A DNA stretch of 12,845 nt. Source: Promethearchaeota archaeon. GTDB taxonomy: Archaea > Asgardarchaeota > Lokiarchaeia > Sigyniarchaeales > SOKP01. The stretch is from NCBI GenBank assembly GCA_019057865.1, contig JAHLWP010000065.1, positions 1 to 12,845 on the forward strand, read 5' to 3'. Each line of letters begins with the position of its first letter. Within the stretch, counting starts at the first letter, position 1. A program made the position numbers and the translations under genes. Positions 7,785-12,845 of the stretch are shown piece by piece. The notes under the pieces were generated by a model. That model had not been told where the DNA came from and did not search any database. It saw only the letters and a program-made list of their open reading frames with translations.

Positions 7785-8099
7785 ATGGGAAGAGCATTTG
7801 GTATAGTAGCAATGATCTTTGGCTCGATTAGTATACCAATTTGCGTGGCAATAGGGGCTATTAGTTCTATAATTAATTTCTATAGTTTATTACTGGGAAT
7901 GCCTGACATCCTAGCTCTATTTTTTATAATAGGTTGTCTAATACCTGCCATCGCAATTATCTTCGGGATAATCGGTATTATTAAAGATGATACTAAAGGA
8001 CTTGCAATAGCTGGGCTGATCCTTGGAGCCATCGCTTTAATTTTAGGTCTAATTATAAGTTTTGTGCTTACCAATTTGTTTAGGGGATTTATGCCATGA
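7785..8099 (+). CDS. Small integral membrane protein (3 predicted TM helices, DUF4190-like)
   Basis: AFGIVAMIFGSIS..AIIFGIIGIIKDDTKGLAIAGLILG pattern. ATG 7785 is preferred over TTG 7722, which lies inside the structured element. Confidence 0.75.
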   Translation: MGRAFGIVAMIFGSISIPICVAIGAISSIINFYSLLLGMPDILALFFIIGCLIPAIAIIFGIIGIIKDDTKGLAIAGLILGAIALILGLIISFVLTNLFRGFMP

Positions 8100-8104
8100 A
8101 ATAA

Positions 8105-8112
8105 CTTTTTTT
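8105..8112 (+). terminator. Oligo-T archaeal terminator candidate
   Basis: CTTTTTTT a few nt after the stop codon at 8099. Confidence 0.4.
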
Positions 8113-8376
8113 CGGTGAAAAATGATAAAATACAACATATATTGCTCTAAATCACGACAAAAGAAAAAACCTTGTTAGTCCAAATATGATTTAATGAAAA
8201 AAATCGTAAATATTCATAGAATTTCTACTATTCCTTCATTACCATTTAGTTTAGCGTAAATTTCAGTTATCAATTTTTTCTCCAGAAATCAAAAGACTAT
8301 AATATGATGAATATTATTATACCAAGTAGTAAGAAACAGTTATCCGATAAAAAAATTTACATTTAGAGTTGTTATT

Positions 8377-10296
8377 ATGGGGATTGAGAAGAATAATGAA
8401 GATCAACTGGAAAAGGAAAAGTTAGAAAAAGAAGCACTTGAAAATGAAAAGCTTGAAAGAGAAAGATTTGAAAAAGAACGAATTGAAAAACAGAAAATGG
8501 AAAATAAATTATATCCTAATAACTCGCTTTTTATGATCCCTAGTTGGAGTGATTTATTAGGCTATCCCATATTAGGAACCTATGTTCATCATCCAGTCTC
8601 AAAAATAGAAACAGATGCCGTTATATTTTTCAGTGGTTATGATTATTCAATTGAAACCAAAAAAGGAACACTTCATTACTTATTTGGCCTAGGGTATTAT
8701 TTCCTTAAATTTGAATTAGAATCTGGCAAATATGTGACCGACAATAGAATCCTAACAGGATTAGTATTATCAGACTTTGTTTATGATCAAATGGCTACTT
8801 CAAGAAATATCACTTTAGAAGAGGATCGAGACGTAATTATAGCAGAGAAAGTGATAAGAATCCCTATTGATTTGTCTAATAAATCAGAGGATCACTTAAC
8901 CTTTATAAAAGGTGCATTGATGAGAAATGTTTTCATACCTTATAAAGATATATTTTTAGAGATGATGGAAAAAATACGTAAGGATGATTCCTATCAAATC
9001 TCAATTGAGGGCCATAAGATTTTAAGTTCACATTGGGACTTTTATAACCAAATTTTAGTTTCTGATAAAATGCGTGCCAATCCTGATTCTTCTTACCTGA
9101 ATCCAACGGCAGGATTAGATGGGATTAACTTTGCGGCCGATACGCTTCTAGAAGAAACAATATCTCACATAAATCTTAGCATTATTGATGATAATATTAA
9201 AACTTTGAAAAGTATTTATTCTAATCTTGAGTTTGATCCTATGTATCTATTCTCTATAATAGAAAAGGCGGCCTTAATGTTAAGTTCGGGTATGCCACCA
9301 ATCTCTTCGAAACAGATAGACTCGGTCACTAAAAAAACCTCTAAAGAATCGATCTTCGCTTCAGCAGAAGATCGCCTTTATTCGTTTATCAGTTGGCCAA
9401 TACAATTTAAAAGAAAAGCAAAAAAAGAACCCAAAGTATTACCTAGACTCGTAGAGCAACCCTCAGATTCGGACCTAATTGATATCCAAAGTTCCGATAT
9501 TGGAACCATGCCAATACAAAAAATGACACAGGAAGCTTTTGAATTGGAAACTTTAAAATCTGAAAAGGTTGAACTTAAAACATTACCTATCCCACCTAAA
9601 CCAGATATTACCCAAATACTTTTATATATAAAAAAAGTAATTGAAGAAAATTATGAAATGCAATCTATTGGACAGGCTTTTGAACTCGCGAGGGAAACTG
9701 CAAGGCAAATGGGTGTGAGCTCAACCACATTGCATCAGAAAAAAATCTGGGAAATGAGTAAATATGCTAATATTTACATTAAAAAAGAACAAGGTTTTGG
9801 ATTACCAGAAAAAGAAAAAGTGGATTTAATTCGAAAATTAGACGAATGGCTTTTTGAAATTGAAGAAAATGAAAGATTGGAAAAAGAAAAATTAGAAAAA
9901 GCTCGTTTAGAGAAAGAAAGATTAGAAAGGTTAGAACAAGAAAGAATCGAAAGAGAAAAACAAGAGAAGGAAAGAAAAGAAAGAGAGCGTCTCGAACGAA
10001 TTCGTCTAGAAAAAGAAAGACTAGCACAAGAAAAATTAAAAAAAGAACAATTGGAGAAAATTGAAAGAGAGAAACAAGAGAGACTAAGATTAGAAAGGGA
10101 ACATTTAGAAAGGGAAAAACAAGAACAAGAAGCTATTGAAAAAGAAAAACAGGAACTTGAAAGATTAAAACAAGAAAGAAAACAAAAAGAAAAAGAAGCG
10201 AAGCTAGAAGCAAAAAAGCGAAAAAAGTTAGATAAACAAAAGAAAAAAATAGAAAAAAAGAAGTTAAAGGAACAAGAAAAATTGAAAAACCTCTGA
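8377..10296 (+). CDS. Hypothetical protein with a globular core and E/K/R-rich helical N- and C-terminal tails
   Basis: 639-aa ORF; about 40 N-terminal and about 145 C-terminal residues consist of EKERLE-like repeats. Confidence 0.85.
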   Translation: MGIEKNNEDQLEKEKLEKEALENEKLERERFEKERIEKQKMENKLYPNNSLFMIPSWSDLLGYPILGTYVHHPVSKIETDAVIFFSGYDYSIETKKGTLHYLFGLGYYFLKFELESGKYVTDNRILTGLVLSDFVYDQMATSRNITLEEDRDVIIAEKVIRIPIDLSNKSEDHLTFIKGALMRNVFIPYKDIFLEMMEKIRKDDSYQISIEGHKILSSHWDFYNQILVSDKMRANPDSSYLNPTAGLDGINFAADTLLEETISHINLSIIDDNIKTLKSIYSNLEFDPMYLFSIIEKAALMLSSGMPPISSKQIDSVTKKTSKESIFASAEDRLYSFISWPIQFKRKAKKEPKVLPRLVEQPSDSDLIDIQSSDIGTMPIQKMTQEAFELETLKSEKVELKTLPIPPKPDITQILLYIKKVIEENYEMQSIGQAFELARETARQMGVSSTTLHQKKIWEMSKYANIYIKKEQGFGLPEKEKVDLIRKLDEWLFEIEENERLEKEKLEKARLEKERLERLEQERIEREKQEKERKERERLERIRLEKERLAQEKLKKEQLEKIEREKQERLRLEREHLEREKQEQEAIEKEKQELERLKQERKQKEKEAKLEAKKRKKLDKQKKKIEKKKLKEQEKLKNL

Positions 10297-10375
10297 GTCA
10301 TTAGATAGGGAAATCTAAATAAAATAGTAGAATAAAAAATTTTAAATTCAAAATTAGGAAATGAGGTATTAGAAT

Positions 10376-11116
10376 ATGAGTGAAAAAATAGACCTATTAA
10401 TTATTACGAATAATACTGGTTTTAATAAGAAATGCTCTGACTTTATTGAATTGTTAATGTCCCGAGATTATTCCTTTGATATATTAAATCCTGCTGTAGG
10501 AACAGTAAAGGCATACAAAAGGGAGAACTTCTATAGCTATAAAGTTATTCTTTTACATCGCCTTATTACAGATGATAAAGGATTTTATTTAAAATTAATT
10601 GATTTCTTGAAGAGCGGTGGTGGGGTTTTCATAACATACACTTCCTTGGGGCTCTTTGGTGAACTAGATACTGTTTTCAGAGAATTTTGCGAAACTTTTT
10701 TTTCCAGTAGATATCAGAAAGATTTGTTATTTGATACAAGAGATTTTTTAGAACGAATTGAAACTATAGTAGTGAAAAAGGAAAATATAAAAAATATTAA
10801 TGAATCTGAACTTCTTCAAAAATTATATCAGCAAGTTTCGAAAATCGTCTTAGGAAGACCTATAAGAATTTATCCAAAACATAATCCCCCAAAAGCATAT
10901 CCCATTATAAATACTAATCCCTCAACGCAATTAGAAAATAAAACTGTTCAATTTGACGTAGAACGAGTAGGAACAAATGCAATTTGCGGTTTTATGGATT
11001 TTAGTACCAATGGAAAATTATGTGTTATTTCTGGATTTGGATTATGGAATGATCTCTTTAATCTTTTAGATAATCGAATCTTTATCAGTAATATTCTTTC
11101 ATTTTTAATAAAATGA
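10376..11116 (+). CDS. Hypothetical protein, class I GATase-like fold (GIFT/IFT52/DUF4350-like)
   Basis: LIDFLKSGGGVFIT and C-terminal GKLCVISGFGLWND..DNRIFISNILSFL patterns. SD-like GAGGT upstream. Confidence 0.6.
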   Translation: MSEKIDLLIITNNTGFNKKCSDFIELLMSRDYSFDILNPAVGTVKAYKRENFYSYKVILLHRLITDDKGFYLKLIDFLKSGGGVFITYTSLGLFGELDTVFREFCETFFSSRYQKDLLFDTRDFLERIETIVVKKENIKNINESELLQKLYQQVSKIVLGRPIRIYPKHNPPKAYPIINTNPSTQLENKTVQFDVERVGTNAICGFMDFSTNGKLCVISGFGLWNDLFNLLDNRIFISNILSFLIK

Positions 11117-11154
11117 CATGTATCGCGTTTAATGATAAAAACTAAATTCGGGAA

Positions 11155-11184
11155 TTAAGAAAGGTTTTGAAAATATATAGCCAT
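11155..11184 (-). pseudogene. Vestigial start of a Csa3-like regulator paralog
   Basis: ATG sits at the position homologous to 7409. ATGGCTATATATTTTCAA resembles ATGACTGAAAAGTATTGTCAA, and the frame stops after 9 codons. Confidence 0.4.
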
Positions 11185-11201
11185 TCTACACATCATTATG
11201 A

Positions 11202-11316
11202 ATATTTCTAATTACAATTCAAATTTATAAATTAGTTCTTTGCTTATAGTCAAAATTATTTCCTAGTAAACATGTATGATATATAGTATATATATGATCA
11301 CGAAAAAGTATATAAA
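11202..11316. promoter_or_regulatory. Divergent promoter module copy B (palindrome 11271-11296, BRE/TATA CGAAAAAG-TATATAAA 11301-11316)
   Basis: Direct repeat of 7423-7535. Confidence 0.75.
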
Positions 11317-11373
11317 AGAAAAATATTAAATATGTAATTTTTAAAAAAAGTGCAATTAAGGTAAATAAAATCC

Positions 11374-11475
11374 ATGAAATCCACAACCAAAAAGACAATT
11401 TTCCTACTATTGGGTATTGTTTTTCTATTTAGTCTACTTTTTAATCTACCAAGTGGGAGGTCTATTGAGAGATAG
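11374..11475 (+). CDS. 33-aa hydrophobic peptide MKSTTKKTIFLLLGIVFLFSLLFNLPSGRSIER (small membrane peptide or truncated secreted-protein start)
   Basis: ATG downstream of promoter copy B with SD-like AAGGT; basic N-terminus plus hydrophobic core. Not in the supplied ORF track. Confidence 0.5.
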   Translation: MKSTTKKTIFLLLGIVFLFSLLFNLPSGRSIER

Positions 11476-11684
11476 CGGTATATATCTCCAATGGCTAGAA
11501 GTATTTGCCAAAAATCATGAATTTTGTGCCTCCTTCCTACTTCATTACAAATTAAAAAATCATTTAGAAAATAATCAACATTACTGGCTACAGCTCTACA
11601 TTAATCAAGCTGAAGAAAATGGTGATATTCTATTAATTAGACAGCCTGTAATCTCCTGTTACAGGAAGAAATAACATTTTAATA

Positions 11685-12176
11685 TTAATCCTTTAAAACT
11701 TCAAATCTTTCACATTTCCACCCCAATTGATAAAAAAAATCCCATACTAATTGATACAAAAATACAAAAATCCCCTTTCTCCTGATAATATTTTTGTACA
11801 TTGACTTTTTAACTGCTTTTAATTCTATCATTTTGTCTGAAAATTGTCTATTCCGAGATAAAAGTAATATTCCGATTTTACAACCTTTTCCTATTCTAAA
11901 TGCAGCTTTTAAATCATGAGTAAGTTTTTCTGGTTCATGATAAACAATTGCAGAGTTAAGAATTTTATATGATATACTCTTATTCTTTATTCTAAAATCT
12001 AATTCAGCATCGACCCCAAATGGTACTTTTTCATTGAAATAATAGCCTTCAATTAGAGGTAATATCTCTTTTTTTAGACCAATTCCTGGTGTAAAAATCA
12101 CATCTAAAAAGAGGGTGTCTTTAATAATTTTAAAAGTGATTCTTCTATCTTTAATGTTTGACTTCCAATTAAACAA
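11685..12176 (-). pseudogene. N-terminally truncated family 2 glycosyltransferase
   Basis: YYFNEKVPFGVDAELDFRI..YKILNSAIVYHEP matches the GT2 C-terminal acceptor region. There is no N-terminal nucleotide-binding part, and the TTG start is directly preceded by an in-frame TAA. Confidence 0.6.
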
Positions 12177-12187
12177 TTAGTGGACTT

Positions 12188-12502
12188 TCATATATCAAAC
12201 TTTTCTCTTAATGTTTCAAAATCTTTAGCTGGGTAATAAAATCCGGGATAATCTCTAATTTCAGAGAGCCTTGGCACTAAACTTACATCAATTTCTTGCC
12301 ATTCATAAGTCTCTGTCTCAGGGAAATTATCTGGGATTATAAATCTATCGATATTAAACTGATAATCCCCACGCTGGTTCTGAACTAGCATTAGCGCTAA
12401 TGCTTCTTCTTGTTCGGTAACTTTATCTTTACCTAACCTAAAAATAGATAATGTGTAATATTTCAAACCTGTTCCATCAATAAAAACCATTTCTTTTCCC
12501 AT
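12188..12502 (-). CDS. Hypothetical protein
   Basis: 104-aa ATG-initiated ORF with plausible composition; no recognised motif. Confidence 0.65.
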   Translation of the reverse strand: MGKEMVFIDGTGLKYYTLSIFRLGKDKVTEQEEALALMLVQNQRGDYQFNIDRFIIPDNFPETETYEWQEIDVSLVPRLSEIRDYPGFYYPAKDFETLREKFDI

Positions 12503-12606
12503 TTGAACATTAATTTAATTGCAATTTTCTTTTCCTATATATTAATTAAATAATTTCAATCCTTTAAAGTAATTTTAGATCTTTCACATATTTTAATTAT
12601 ACTAAT

Positions 12607-12845
12607 TTAAAAGGGTATTGTTTTATTTAACTCCGGAATTAAGACTTTAATATTCGAGTTTTGAAAGAATCTCTCAAAAAACATTGTATGTTCGGTGTGA
12701 ATTGGAATCACATATTTAGGGTTAACCTCATATATAAAATTTATTAAGTCATGCGATGTAGCATGACCCGAAGCGTGAATCCTATAAGCAGGAATTCCAA
12801 TATCCAACAATTTATTACAGATTGTATTTGTATTATCATAAAATT
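12607..12845 (-). CDS. C-terminal part of a beta-CASP / RNase J-like metallo-beta-lactamase nuclease (5' end outside the window)
   Basis: IHASGHA..VNPKYVIPIHTEH (RMMBL motif). The frame stays open from 12810 to the window edge. Confidence 0.85.
   Translation of the reverse strand, partial: FYDNTNTICNKLLDIGIPAYRIHASGHATSHDLINFIYEVNPKYVIPIHTEHTMFFERFFQNSNIKVLIPELNKTIPF

Noticed and set aside
9774-10301. Phe/Ser-rich minus-strand ORFs (175 aa and 82 aa)
   Set aside because: Antisense shadows of the purine-rich E/K/R repeat.
11473-11520. Amber (pyrrolysine) or Sec readthrough of the 33-aa ORF
   Set aside because: Readthrough adds only 14 codons before a TGA, and there is no supporting pyl/sel context in the window.
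11417-11674. 85-aa ORF as an independent gene
   Set aside because: TTG start inside the better-supported 11374 ORF and no recognisable motif. It could at most be a frameshifted continuation.
1-12845. Integron cassette array or IS element explaining the mosaic
   Set aside because: Genes are in mixed orientations, no repeated attC-like sites were recognised, and there is no integrase or transposase ORF.

Overview
AT-rich archaeal window, most likely Asgard (Lokiarchaeia-like). This is inferred from a Rab-like GTPase lacking a prenylation motif, longin/uDENN-like and GIFT-like domains, and BRE-TATA promoters. It encodes RNase HI, three flavodoxin/iron-sulfur-flavoprotein-family proteins, a Rab-like GTPase, an RNase Z-like MBL hydrolase, a putative longin/uDENN-like-MEDS fusion, an orphan Csa3-like CARF-wHTH regulator, a small membrane protein, a 639-aa protein with charged helical tails, a GIFT/DUF4350-like protein and the 3' end of a beta-CASP nuclease. 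Several gene remnants are also present. Two diverged direct duplications each cover a divergent-promoter region, and the second copy keeps only a truncated leftward gene: 1738-2342 vs 4545-5148, and about 7407-7650 vs about 11182-11420. The best candidate for an undescribed system is the CRISPR-less Csa3-like regulator. Its divergent promoter (palindrome plus BRE/TATA, present twice) points into a GC-enriched, multi-stem RNA-like element of about 170 nt (7580-7750). All family assignments are by motif recognition and all folds were paired by hand; no searches were run.
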